A stretch of DNA of 64,000 bases from Candidatus Parcubacteria bacterium. GTDB taxonomy: Bacteria > Patescibacteriota > Minisyncoccia > Minisyncoccales > JAGMDC01. The notes under the pieces were generated by a model. It searched no databases and had not been told where the DNA came from. It was given only the letters and a program-made list of their open reading frames with translations. The position numbers were made by a program, and so were the translations under genes. Positions 42,111 through 52,016 of this stretch are shown piece after piece. The stretch spans positions 22,933 to 86,932 of the forward strand of contig JAGMAD010000005.1 in NCBI GenBank assembly GCA_023130975.1, read 5' to 3'. Each line of letters opens with the position of its first letter. Position 1 is the first letter of the stretch.

Positions 42111-42964
42111 AACTCTACTCCTTGTTTCTTTAAAACTTCCTTTGTTTTTTTTATCTGTTGTTTAAGTTCTGGATGAAGAAAAAGTTTAAAAATAGTAATA
42201 AGCCGGTGTTTCAAAACTGAAAGCCCCACATAAAACCTAACTGGGAAAAATCTAAGTATGAATACACCGTGTTTTACTGCCCTGGGAGAGAAACGTTGCG
42301 TTACAGACTGATGAAGTTCCATGTGGGAAAGAGAGAGCCGAGAAAGATGCTTATTTTTTTGAACCCGAATAACAAAAAGAATTTTGGGAACAAAATCAAA
42401 ACGATACTTCTCCGCCACTCTTAAATAAAAATCGTGGTCATAGTTGCTTTTGATGGTCTCGTCATAATATCCAACATCTTCAAATACTTTTTTTTTGAAG
42501 AGAATATTTGTGAAAACCTGGTCTTTCAAAATAGCATTAAATAATTTTCCCTTTTTTTGATAATTGGTGAATTTGAGTGTTTGACCATCATTATATACCC
42601 ACCACGACCAAGCATATACACCAGCAAAATCCTTCTCTTTACTGGTTCCCGCCTTTTTCACAAGTTCTTCAAACGCCCACGGCACCATAAGGTCATCATC
42701 ATCTAAAGAAATAATATATTCTCCTTGAGCCGCTCTTATCCCGGTATTTTTCGCAGCCGCATCCCCCATATTCCTTTTATGTTTCAGATAGAAAATTCGC
42801 TTATCTCGAAATTTTCTTACTACATTTTCGGTATCATCCGACGAACAATCATCTACTACAATTAATTCAAAATCTTGAAAACTCTGGCACAATATACTTT
42901 TGATAGCATCCCTCAATATGTTCGCACGATTATATGTAGTAATAATAACAGTTATCTTTGGCAT
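42107..42964 (-). CDS. Glycosyltransferase family 2
   Basis: ITVIITTYNRA...LIVVDDCSSDDT...ISLDDDD (DxD). Confidence 0.85.
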   Translation of the reverse strand: MPKITVIITTYNRANILRDAIKSILCQSFQDFELIVVDDCSSDDTENVVRKFRDKRIFYLKHKRNMGDAAAKNTGIRAAQGEYIISLDDDDLMVPWAFEELVKKAGTSKEKDFAGVYAWSWWVYNDGQTLKFTNYQKKGKLFNAILKDQVFTNILFKKKVFEDVGYYDETIKSNYDHDFYLRVAEKYRFDFVPKILFVIRVQKNKHLSRLSLSHMELHQSVTQRFSPRAVKHGVFILRFFPVRFYVGLSVLKHRLITIFKLFLHPELKQQIKKTKEVLKKQGVEL

Positions 42965-42970
42965 ATTGAA

Positions 42971-43828
42971 TTAATTTCTAAGGGATGTATTTTTAGTGGC
43001 AATAATAAGTAATGTTTTCCGAGAGTTTTTTAAAAAAAACGATAAAAAGTCTATAATTCTATACATTAAACGCTTGGTCAAAAATTTCTCGCTAGGACCA
43101 TATCCGTATGTAAATGTATAGGCATTGTTAATCTTATAGCCAATGTCGTGCATTAACCTTTTTAATCGATTAATATCATAATTAACGATATGCCCATAAA
43201 ATCCTTTTCTATTTTTAGTAGTCTGCGGAGTATCACCCCAATAAGGACCGTCTCCGTTACCAAAAAGAATTCTTATCCTGTTTTTAACATCTACTAAGTT
43301 TGGTGTGGTAATAATCAAAATACCATCTTTTTTTATTTTATTTCTTATTTCAGCAAATAGATTAAGAAGGGTCGAGTGGTCCAAGTGCTCTGCAATCTCA
43401 GTAAATATTACAATATCGTATAAGTCTTCTCCTTCTCCATATGGTCTATCTGTTTTTGAAAAGTCTGAAAATTCTAGCTTTATTTTCAGATCTTTTATGT
43501 ATTTTCTAAACAAATCACGTGTGAGAAATCCGCTATTAGGACTATCAAACGCCACCCAATCTGGCTTGATATTTGTATTGTTTCGCAAAAAACTAACGAT
43601 TGAAAAATCTTGGTGGCCACAACCTAGTCCAGAGGCGTTAAGAATTTTTACGGTTTTCTTGTTATTTTGATATGCATAATTCAATATAGCCCTAATCGTA
43701 TGTGCATGCCTAACCGCATTAGCTCTAGCCCAAAGAGTAGCGTCAATTTCAGAATATCCGGTTATATGTCTATCTACATTGAAGCATGTTTCATATATGC
43801 TATTTGCAATAGATTTCAATGTTTTCAT
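42971..43828 (-). CDS. Class I SAM-dependent methyltransferase
   Basis: Motif I-like ILNASGLGCG and post-I/II YDIVIFTEIAEHLD. Confidence 0.6.
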   Translation of the reverse strand: MKTLKSIANSIYETCFNVDRHITGYSEIDATLWARANAVRHAHTIRAILNYAYQNNKKTVKILNASGLGCGHQDFSIVSFLRNNTNIKPDWVAFDSPNSGFLTRDLFRKYIKDLKIKLEFSDFSKTDRPYGEGEDLYDIVIFTEIAEHLDHSTLLNLFAEIRNKIKKDGILIITTPNLVDVKNRIRILFGNGDGPYWGDTPQTTKNRKGFYGHIVNYDINRLKRLMHDIGYKINNAYTFTYGYGPSEKFLTKRLMYRIIDFLSFFLKNSRKTLLIIATKNTSLRN

Positions 43829-43951
43829 ATTGACTCCTAAGTTGCCACAAACTTCGCTCCAGTGCTGCGACAGTTTAGAATGAATATTTGTTATAAATTA
43901 GTTGTGAGCTTTTAATTAAATGAAGGGGTCACAAACTTTTCCCTCTTTATG

Positions 43952-44809
43952 TTATGTTTTACCTACGAAAGATTTATAACCTGGGTGGCCAAAAATTATT
44001 CTTCTTAATTTCGAAAAAATCGGTTTCAATGCTATTCGAAAAGGTAAAAAAGTATAAATATATTGGGCCCAACCAAGAATATAAGCTTTCCAGAAATTGG
44101 GATAATCATTTCGGTATTTTTTTCTTAGCTTGATATTGAGCCTTGCGTTATGCTGTATATTATAATTAGATTTATTTTGTCGGTCCTGCAAATAACGAAC
44201 AAAATATTGCTGAAAATTATAAAATTTGCCTATTTTCCCAAATCTCAGCCATAAATCCCAATCTTCAGAAAAATCAAGACTTTCATCAAACCCACCTACC
44301 ATTTCCCAAATTTCTTTTTTAAATACCACAGTACTATGAACAAAGGAATTGTTTAGAAGCATCGAATTTTTAAGATCTTTATCATTTTCCGAAAGTAAAT
44401 GCCTTGAGGTTTCTTTTCCAGTCGCATCCACCCTAATTACTCCTCCGCCGACTGCCACATAACTGGGATTGTTCTCAAGAAATTTAACTTGTTTTTCTAA
44501 TTTTCCTTTGTCGCACCAAAAATCATCATCGTCTAATCGAGCAATATATTTACCTTGTGCATTTTTCACTCCCTTATTTAAACTCTTAACAAGCCCGATA
44601 TTCGGCTTATTGGTCATACACTTCACTCTTGCATCTTTTCTTTTAAATTCAGAGATAATCTTAGGAGTTTCATCTGTCGAACCGTCATCAATGATAATAA
44701 GTTCAAACCCCCTATAAGTTTGACTTAGAACACTTTCTATTGCTTTTCTTATATATGTTGCTCTATTATAGGTCGGTAAAATAATAGAAACGAGTAATGG
44801 GTAGCTCAT
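43952..44809 (-). CDS. Glycosyltransferase family 2
   Basis: VSIILPTYNRA...LIIIDDGSTDET...ARLDDDD. The ATG at 44809 gives an ATGA overlap with the upstream gene. The ORF-track start at 44830 is rejected. Confidence 0.85.
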   Translation of the reverse strand: MSYPLLVSIILPTYNRATYIRKAIESVLSQTYRGFELIIIDDGSTDETPKIISEFKRKDARVKCMTNKPNIGLVKSLNKGVKNAQGKYIARLDDDDFWCDKGKLEKQVKFLENNPSYVAVGGGVIRVDATGKETSRHLLSENDKDLKNSMLLNNSFVHSTVVFKKEIWEMVGGFDESLDFSEDWDLWLRFGKIGKFYNFQQYFVRYLQDRQNKSNYNIQHNARLNIKLRKKYRNDYPNFWKAYILGWAQYIYTFLPFRIALKPIFSKLRRIIFGHPGYKSFVGKT

Positions 44810-45621
44810 GATATTTTTGTTGCAACGCAACCATAATTTATTGTCCGATAATCGCCACGAAGATCTGGAAGTTGATATTCAATTTTAAAGCCTATATTCT
44901 CAAGAAAATTCTGAAAGCTTTTTTTATCTTTTGTGATATCCCTGTGTTTTTCATCATGGCCCCAGAGATGATAGAGATCTGTCCAAAGAAGTAGAATGCA
45001 CCCCGGTTTTGCATATCGCGCAATGTTTTGAAGGACCAAATAGGGATTTCCACAATGATCAAGCGTATTGCGACATATAATACAGCCGTCAATACTCTTG
45101 CCGAGTCCATCAATAAATATCTCAGCCGGCTTTTCATACAACACAAGATTAGATGAAAAGAGTTCGTTAGCACCGAACTCCGATGCTAATTTTTCATATT
45201 GTAAAATCAGGGGATCAATGATGATTCTTTTTTTAACCCAATGCCATAGCAGTAAGTATCCTGCGGGCCCGGAACCCACCTCAAGACAGGTCTTGTTATG
45301 AATGGTATCAGCAAAAGTTCGCCACTCACTTTCATTATTATGGAAAAAATCGCTAATTACATTATGCCCGTTAGCATCGTGAGGACCGGACCAAAAATCT
45401 CCTTTTTGTTTAGATAAAAGAAACTCTCCATAAAACCATTTAAGGTTATCATGTGCCCAATTGTATGCACTACGAAATTCGTAGATTTGGGCTTGTTTAT
45501 GATTAAAAACTCGTGGAATCCAAAATATTTTCCTGCATTTACGTAGGATATAAACTGTCCATTTTGGTAACCATGTTCTTGCCCATCTTTTTATTTTCAC
45601 TATAGTTCGATACTTAGTCAT
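44806..45621 (-). CDS. Probable SAM-dependent methyltransferase
   Basis: Motif I-like CLEVGSGPAGYLL. The call is otherwise weak. Confidence 0.45.
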   Translation of the reverse strand: MTKYRTIVKIKRWARTWLPKWTVYILRKCRKIFWIPRVFNHKQAQIYEFRSAYNWAHDNLKWFYGEFLLSKQKGDFWSGPHDANGHNVISDFFHNNESEWRTFADTIHNKTCLEVGSGPAGYLLLWHWVKKRIIIDPLILQYEKLASEFGANELFSSNLVLYEKPAEIFIDGLGKSIDGCIICRNTLDHCGNPYLVLQNIARYAKPGCILLLWTDLYHLWGHDEKHRDITKDKKSFQNFLENIGFKIEYQLPDLRGDYRTINYGCVATKIS

Positions 45622-45622
45622 A

Positions 45623-46372
45623 TTAAGATTTTAACCACAACCAAGGTTCTTTGGTTTGAAATAATCCTAATGAATTTAAATAATTTCCTGCATTAAACCC
45701 TATCTTAAAATGCATCGGGTGTTTGATTTCCTGAATGTTTAAATTTGTTATAATTAATTTCCCATTGTTGTTTAAATGGCAAGCTAAATCTTTCAATAAC
45801 TTCTGAGGATCGCTCACATGTTCAATTACATCAATACATAAAATAGTATCATAACTTTTAGATAAACTTTCCTTAGTTAAATTTATTGCCTCTATTCCGT
45901 ATCCCCTTTTTTTAAATAACCACTTTGCAAATTCAAATGTTTTTCCATAAATATCTGCATATGTTACATTTAACCCCTTTTTTGCAAGTTCAAGACATAG
46001 GTCGCCAATTCCTCCCCCATAATCTAAAATATCTCCTTCACATAGTTTAATTACATTGTTCCTGAGATCTCTTTGCGCTCTCAACATATGCCAATATGCC
46101 AAATCAAATATGTAATAAGGTGTGAGTTCATAAAATTTTTTAATTTCTTCCTCTGTCTTTGGATTTAGGAAGTACCAAAAATCATTATTTAATTTTTTTC
46201 CTGATTTAAGCATCCAAATAATTTTTTTTTGATCCAAAGCAAAATATTCTGCTAAATCTTTTACAATATTTTTATCCAACCTAACCTTTAAACTCCATCT
46301 ATGATACAGCCATGCAAGAACTTTTTGAATTGGTTTTGGGAATTTTTTTCCTATTTTAAGAATTATTCTCAT
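45623..46372 (-). CDS. Class I SAM-dependent methyltransferase
   Basis: ILDYGGGIGDLCLELAKKG...DTILCIDVIEHVSDP. Confidence 0.7.
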   Translation of the reverse strand: MRIILKIGKKFPKPIQKVLAWLYHRWSLKVRLDKNIVKDLAEYFALDQKKIIWMLKSGKKLNNDFWYFLNPKTEEEIKKFYELTPYYIFDLAYWHMLRAQRDLRNNVIKLCEGDILDYGGGIGDLCLELAKKGLNVTYADIYGKTFEFAKWLFKKRGYGIEAINLTKESLSKSYDTILCIDVIEHVSDPQKLLKDLACHLNNNGKLIITNLNIQEIKHPMHFKIGFNAGNYLNSLGLFQTKEPWLWLKS

Positions 46373-46376
46373 GTTT

Positions 46377-47444
46377 TTATCCTATAAAATTAAATATTTC
46401 ATTAAATCTTTTTTCGTAAGTATGATTTCGCAAAGTACGCTCATAACCAGCCTGAGCAATAAGCTCTCTTTCTTTATCGTGTTTTAAATAATATCCTATT
46501 CTCTCAATAAGATCGTTGACATTTTTATAAATAATAATTTCCTTATCATTTTCATAGTAATCACCCAAATTGTCAGCATTGCCAGTTACTAAAAAACCTT
46601 TACACCCTGGAATTTCAAAATTTCTAGTCTTGATTTGTTCTCGTTTCTTTCCTAAAAGCGATTTTGAATTATCAATCCAATAACGAGGATTGCCTATTTG
46701 AATTGATTTATGCTTTTTTCTTTTTAAAAATATCTTAGCAATTGATTTTAAGGTATTGCCGCTAGAACTTTTTGTTAAATTAAGATTAATTTTGCTCTGA
46801 GAGAATATCCTTATCATCTTTTCCTGAGGAACTTTTCCGTTCGGCCATCCTCTGCCCCAACATTCAATTTTTACTCCTGCTTTTTTCATTTTCTCTATAA
46901 TCTTTTTTCTATTACTATGGGGTTGACCAACAAAGCTAACATCGTAAATCTTTGGCAGCTTAAGAGGTTTATACAAAAAATGATTACAGGCCCATTGACT
47001 TTTAATAACATTCTTATAGCCAATTTTATGATATTTTTGAATTGCTTGAGAATCAGTAGTTACTATCCAATTAAAACAGGGAGCCCAATATTTAGAATAA
47101 TTATCAAATCGCCAATGGTCATCATTAAACCAGTTCAATGTTACGGTCCCACTTTTATTAGTAATTTCTCTTATCGTTTCTTTTTTTATCTCATCAGTGA
47201 ACAGAGAAAAGAAACAAATATCCGGCTTTTCTTTAGAAACGGTTTCAATAAGCATTTTGTTCATTTTATCCCTTCCTTTCTCAAGCATTATCTTATCAAA
47301 TGGAAAATGGAGCACCTGATACCGCCTATTATTTATTAAAGAATCATAGAAGTTGCAGTGTTCATAACTAAGACCTCTTTGAGGATCACCGTAATCATAT
47401 TTAAATGCGATATATAAAATTTTCATCTCTTTTTTGGTTAACAC
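46377..47444 (-). CDS. CgeB/YkvP-like glycosyltransferase family protein
   Basis: The C-terminus RNFEIPGCKGFLVT...ELIAQAGYERTLRNHTYEKRF resembles the Glyco_trans_1_2 family from memory. Confidence 0.55.
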   Translation of the reverse strand: MLTKKEMKILYIAFKYDYGDPQRGLSYEHCNFYDSLINNRRYQVLHFPFDKIMLEKGRDKMNKMLIETVSKEKPDICFFSLFTDEIKKETIREITNKSGTVTLNWFNDDHWRFDNYSKYWAPCFNWIVTTDSQAIQKYHKIGYKNVIKSQWACNHFLYKPLKLPKIYDVSFVGQPHSNRKKIIEKMKKAGVKIECWGRGWPNGKVPQEKMIRIFSQSKINLNLTKSSSGNTLKSIAKIFLKRKKHKSIQIGNPRYWIDNSKSLLGKKREQIKTRNFEIPGCKGFLVTGNADNLGDYYENDKEIIIYKNVNDLIERIGYYLKHDKERELIAQAGYERTLRNHTYEKRFNEIFNFIG

Positions 47445-47450
47445 GCCTTT

Positions 47451-48752
47451 TCATAAATTTTTTAAGAATCGTTTCTTGAGTGTGTGTTTTTCTAAAAAAT
47501 CTTGAAGAACCTTAGTGATAAACTTTTGAGCATCTAAATCAATAGCTGGATGGCAACCAATAAAAAATGCTTGGTCCCGTAACCAACGCGACACTGGAAG
47601 ATTTCCTACTACTCGTTTAGGAACCATTCGAAAACCAGGTTGGTCAGGCAAACAGCCGGCAAAAAAGGGTCTGGTCTCAATATTGTTTTTCTCTAAATAC
47701 TTAACTAATTGAAGACGGGAAAAAGGCGCCTCTTTTTTAATTACTATCAGAAACCCATAATATGAGTGAAAATAATCTGGTAATTTTTCTGGTAGTTGAA
47801 TAAAATCTTTATATTTTTTTAAATATTTCACAAAAAAACTTACAATTTTGCGTCTTTTTTGGTTTAGATAATCTAATTTTTTTAATTGCTCTATCCCTAA
47901 AGAAGCAGCAAGATCTGTCATTCTTACATTATATCCAGCTCTTTCAAAAATATATTTTTTATCATAGTTTTTTAAATATTTATCGTAATAAGAAAATCTA
48001 TTAGAGGGAGCAATATCCTCGCTAAATCTACCGAACTCACGAAGTGAACGAACTATTTTTGCATAACGAGGATTATTAGTTAAGACAATTCCCCCTTCAC
48101 CAGTGGTAATATTATGAGCTACATAAAAACTAAATGTTGCTAAACCACCAAAACTTCCGACTTTTCTATTTTTATAGCTCGCTCCATGCGCTTCGCAGCA
48201 ATCCTCAATTATTTTTAATTTGTAATGTTTGGCAATTCTTAAAAGCTCGGATAAGTTGGCCGGATGACCCAAAGAGTGAACTATTATTAAAAGTTTAGTT
48301 TTGGAAGATATGGCTTTTCGCACCTCGTTCGGGTCAAGATTATAAGTCAGAGGATCAACATCAACATAAACTGGTTTCAGCCCAAGTTGAATAATTGGTG
48401 AGGCAACTGAAGAGAAAGTAGCGGCTGGTAATATAACCTCATCACCTCTTTCTAACTCTCCTGCTTCTAATAAAGTGGCTATGGCTAAAATATTGGCTGA
48501 AGTGCCGGAATTTACTGCGATACCATATCGAGTACCAATATATTCAGAAAAAGCCTTTTCAAACTCTTTCGTTACTGGTCCCAATGAGAGTCTACCGCTA
48601 AGTAAAGTAGCAATTAAATGATTGGCTTCATGATAGTCATAAATAGGAGCACTTATCCCAATATAAGTTTTACCTGGTTCAAATTTAGAAGATGGAATTC
48701 GATAAAACTCTTTTACTAATCTATGAATTTTTTTAAGAATAGTTTGCTTCAT
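47451..48752 (-). CDS. DegT-family enzyme with His replacing the PLP lysine: RfbH/ColD-like NDP-4-keto-6-deoxyhexose 3-dehydratase candidate
   Basis: VNSGTSANILA, IEDCCEAHG, and SFYVAHNITTGEGG where aminotransferases have K at the H position. At 433 aa it is of RfbH-like length. Confidence 0.7.
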   Translation of the reverse strand: MKQTILKKIHRLVKEFYRIPSSKFEPGKTYIGISAPIYDYHEANHLIATLLSGRLSLGPVTKEFEKAFSEYIGTRYGIAVNSGTSANILAIATLLEAGELERGDEVILPAATFSSVASPIIQLGLKPVYVDVDPLTYNLDPNEVRKAISSKTKLLIIVHSLGHPANLSELLRIAKHYKLKIIEDCCEAHGASYKNRKVGSFGGLATFSFYVAHNITTGEGGIVLTNNPRYAKIVRSLREFGRFSEDIAPSNRFSYYDKYLKNYDKKYIFERAGYNVRMTDLAASLGIEQLKKLDYLNQKRRKIVSFFVKYLKKYKDFIQLPEKLPDYFHSYYGFLIVIKKEAPFSRLQLVKYLEKNNIETRPFFAGCLPDQPGFRMVPKRVVGNLPVSRWLRDQAFFIGCHPAIDLDAQKFITKVLQDFLEKHTLKKRFLKNL

Positions 48753-48756
48753 AATT

Positions 48757-49752
48757 TTATATTTTAGTTTTAGTGTTGGTTATCATCAGATTAGCTAAAT
48801 CTTTTTTATACCAATCAAAAGTTTTTTTAACACCTTTTTTAATGTCTGTTTTGCATTCATAGCCGGTTAATTTTTTTAAGAGCTTAACATCAGGATATCG
48901 CCTCTTAGTTGAACCTTTTGGAGAATCTTTATAAATAACTTTTTTAGGCCTAAAATCAGCGAGTTTAAAAATCTCTTTGTAAATATCACCTATCTTTGTT
49001 TCTTCACCTCTGCCAATGTTAATAATTTTACTGTCAGTTTTATTGGAAGTAGCAACTTTCCATAGTGCCTCCATTCCATCTTTAATGTAGCAGAAACTTC
49101 TTGTTTCGTTTCTTCCAAAAATTTCAAAGGGGTTTTGCTTTTCAAAAATTCTTTTTATTATTCCGGGAATAACATGCTCATACCCCATCCTTTCTCCGTA
49201 AATATTGTGGAACCTTACGATCGAATACCGAAACCCATATTTTTTAGCTCCATGAATGAAAAGTTGTTCGCCAACAATTTTGCTTCCAGCATAACTCCAT
49301 CTTGGATTAAATACATCTGCTATACTCGTTCGCACCACTTCCGGGGTTGGCAAGGGAAGGTTTTCATTACCACTATAAACTTCTGAGGTTGAAGTAAATA
49401 ATAATTTACCTTTAAAATTTTTAAAGAATTCTATCAAATTAATAGTGGTTTGAAGATTATTTAAAAGTGTATAGTATGGTTTCTCATAAAAAAGACGGGT
49501 TCCACAAACAGCAGCACAATGAAAAATATAATTAAAATTCTTTTCAGAAAGTTTCTTCAACACATCAGGTTTTTTAATATCTTTCTTGAAAAAGAAGACA
49601 TTATTTTTTTTAAGCAATTTAGAAAAATTATTATCTATTTTACCTCTAGATAAATCATCAATAATATAGATTTGTAAATTTTGGTTTTGAGAGAGCAGTT
49701 CTGCTAAATGATAACCTACAAAACCTGCTCCTCCTGTTATTAATGCTTTCAT
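48757..49752 (-). CDS. NAD-dependent NDP-sugar epimerase/dehydratase (extended SDR)
   Basis: MKALITGGAGFVGYHL and YAGSKIVGE (the YxxxK motif). Confidence 0.85.
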   Translation of the reverse strand: MKALITGGAGFVGYHLAELLSQNQNLQIYIIDDLSRGKIDNNFSKLLKKNNVFFFKKDIKKPDVLKKLSEKNFNYIFHCAAVCGTRLFYEKPYYTLLNNLQTTINLIEFFKNFKGKLLFTSTSEVYSGNENLPLPTPEVVRTSIADVFNPRWSYAGSKIVGEQLFIHGAKKYGFRYSIVRFHNIYGERMGYEHVIPGIIKRIFEKQNPFEIFGRNETRSFCYIKDGMEALWKVATSNKTDSKIINIGRGEETKIGDIYKEIFKLADFRPKKVIYKDSPKGSTKRRYPDVKLLKKLTGYECKTDIKKGVKKTFDWYKKDLANLMITNTKTKI

Positions 49753-49756
49753 AATT

Positions 49757-50527
49757 TTAATAAATTGAATCTAAATTAGGATATTTTTTTCTATGTATTT
49801 CATTTGTTTTATTAGTAATAGTAAGAAATAAAAAATGCGGATACTCTTTAAGATAGGCCTGAACATCTTTTGGAAGACAGTGTCCTGCAAAAGCATTTCC
49901 CCATTTTAGATATTTTTGTTTTTTGAAAAAGAAATCTATTACATTTTCCTTTTTAATTCCTTCTTTCTCTAAATTATCACCGAACTCATTAACAAAAGCA
50001 ATTCTCATCGCATTATAGATATTACTTAGATATTTAATATGGCTGGCTTCTTCAGGAGTACAGTAACACAATGGATTAAAATGTTTTTCAAATGGAAATT
50101 TGTCTTCAGTATATCTTCCGACTACAACCATCTCCGGATTTGAAAACTCCTCTACGGCTTTTTTCTCATGTAAAAATTCTACCCAATAGAAATCAAATTT
50201 TAAACCTGCCACTAATCTTGGTAACATTGTGGTTCTTAGAATTATTATCCCTTTGCCCTTTAATCTATTTAACACTTCCGCGATATGTCCAATCTCTTGT
50301 CTGCCATCATCTAAAACCTTATCAGCAATACAGACAATATTAATGCCTGAATCTGGTGATTTTTTGCCAACAACCAACGGAATTTTATCAAAATCCTTCT
50401 CTTGATAAATATTCTCTTTCTGTTGAATGTCATAAGCGATTACATTATAACCTAATCTTTTCAACCCAATACCCGTGGCTTGTCCAACATATCCATAACC
50501 AATGATATTAATCTTTTTAGTATCCAT
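49757..50527 (-). CDS. Short UDP-glucose/GDP-mannose dehydrogenase-family protein (N-terminal and central domains only)
   Basis: INIIGYGYVGQATG Rossmann motif and the catalytic-Cys context AGHCLPKD. At 256 aa it lacks the C-terminal domain. I chose the ATG at 50527. Confidence 0.55.
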   Translation of the reverse strand: MDTKKINIIGYGYVGQATGIGLKRLGYNVIAYDIQQKENIYQEKDFDKIPLVVGKKSPDSGINIVCIADKVLDDGRQEIGHIAEVLNRLKGKGIIILRTTMLPRLVAGLKFDFYWVEFLHEKKAVEEFSNPEMVVVGRYTEDKFPFEKHFNPLCYCTPEEASHIKYLSNIYNAMRIAFVNEFGDNLEKEGIKKENVIDFFFKKQKYLKWGNAFAGHCLPKDVQAYLKEYPHFLFLTITNKTNEIHRKKYPNLDSIY

Positions 50528-52010
50528 AAATTTTTCGCAATAAATTAATTCTAAATAAGAATTTATAAAAAAGGAATAGTGCGGCAAAGTAAACTAATAT
50601 TCCTATAATAATTGTGAGAATAACATTAAGATTATAAACCACAGATTGACTAATAACAACAAACATTATTATGCTGGAGAAAATGCCTATAAGTAGGATT
50701 TTAAATAATCTTGAATCAAAAAGAGAAATAAGCGCAAATCTCTTTGAAAATTCTATTCCTAAGAAGAGTATAACAAGATAAGTTATTACAGCAGCTACCG
50801 CAGCACCATAAAGGCTAAAAATAGGAATTAAAATAAGATTTAAGGCAACATTTGTTATAGCAGCAATTAAATTAATCCAAAGATATTTTTTTTGTTGATT
50901 AAAAACAATTAATATCATTAAATAAGGATTATAAAGAAAATTTATTCCTGCCATTATAATTAAAATTTGAAAGGCAAAAATCGAAGGGGCAAAACTCGAA
51001 CCATAAAGAAAATCAATAATTCTTGGGGCAAGAAACAAACCTCCCACCATTATAGGCATAGCCAAAATAATCATTATTTCCATATAATGATTCCATGCTC
51101 TCTGAAGTTTTTCATTTGATTCTTTAAAAAACTTACTTAAAACAGGAAAAAAACTCATAAAAATCAATGTAGCGGGGATTATAGTAACGCCAACAATTCT
51201 TCGAGCAGCATTATACCAACCGGTTTCAGTAATTTGCCCTAGACAACCCATCATTACCGAAGCCACATTTATGAAAATAGTGCCAAAGACGGCAGCTAAA
51301 CCTAAGGGCCAAGAAAGTTTAAAAAATTTTTGCCAGACAGCTTTGTTCCAGCTTAAATTTAAAGAGTGAATGCGGAAATGAAAAAACAATAGAATAAAAC
51401 TTAAGGCAATTAAATTAGTAAATAAATAGCCGTAACTTAAATTCTCAATCGAAGGAAATTTAAAAAGAATAAAAAGAACTATACTAACTATTATTAGGGA
51501 TTGAAAAATCTTAGCCCCACATTCATATTCCATTCGCTGACGAGCTCGCAAAAAAGCATAAATAATACTAAAAAAATTACTAATTAGAACATAAACTCCT
51601 AAAAGCAAGATGATTTTTTGGATGACAGGATCTGGAGTAATAAAAAATGAACTAATTAGGATTAAAAGCAACGCCCCAATACTTAAAAGAATTTTTAAAG
51701 AAAGGATTGCTGAATATTCTTTTTCGGTTTCTTTATCTCGAGAAAATTCCCGAATAGTAATTTCAGAAAGCCCAAACTCAGAGATAATGGCAAGCATTGA
51801 AACAAAAGATAAGGCAAAAGTAAATTTTCCAAATTCAGTTGCTCCTAAAATCCGAGCGATATAAATAATCAAAATTAACCCTAAAAGGCGAGACACTCCT
51901 TCAGCTGCAGCCAACCAAAAAGTGTTTTTTAAAATCGTTTGCCTAACAGTTTTATTATCAAAGAACAATGATTTCAATGACTTAATATCTGTAAAATTTT
52001 TAATGTCCAT
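50517..52010 (-). CDS. Wzx-type polysaccharide flippase (MOP superfamily)
   Basis: 497 aa with about 14 TM segments. The N-terminus TILKNTFWLAAAEGVSRLLGLILIIYIARILG is typical of Polysacc_synt. Confidence 0.8.
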   Translation of the reverse strand: MDIKNFTDIKSLKSLFFDNKTVRQTILKNTFWLAAAEGVSRLLGLILIIYIARILGATEFGKFTFALSFVSMLAIISEFGLSEITIREFSRDKETEKEYSAILSLKILLSIGALLLILISSFFITPDPVIQKIILLLGVYVLISNFFSIIYAFLRARQRMEYECGAKIFQSLIIVSIVLFILFKFPSIENLSYGYLFTNLIALSFILLFFHFRIHSLNLSWNKAVWQKFFKLSWPLGLAAVFGTIFINVASVMMGCLGQITETGWYNAARRIVGVTIIPATLIFMSFFPVLSKFFKESNEKLQRAWNHYMEIMIILAMPIMVGGLFLAPRIIDFLYGSSFAPSIFAFQILIIMAGINFLYNPYLMILIVFNQQKKYLWINLIAAITNVALNLILIPIFSLYGAAVAAVITYLVILFLGIEFSKRFALISLFDSRLFKILLIGIFSSIIMFVVISQSVVYNLNVILTIIIGILVYFAALFLFYKFLFRINLLRKIYGY

Positions 52011-52016
52011 ATTGTT

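Noticed and set aside
571-50343. Numerous antisense ORFs of 60-140 aa nested in large genes, for example 571..813, 2124..2495, 7114..7392, 8547..8939, 12467..12802, 27881..28300, 30896..31255, 43305..43670, 46917..47339, 61922..62335.
   Set aside because: Each lies entirely inside a well-supported gene on the opposite strand or in another frame. Their products are low-complexity, as expected from AT-rich antisense frames.
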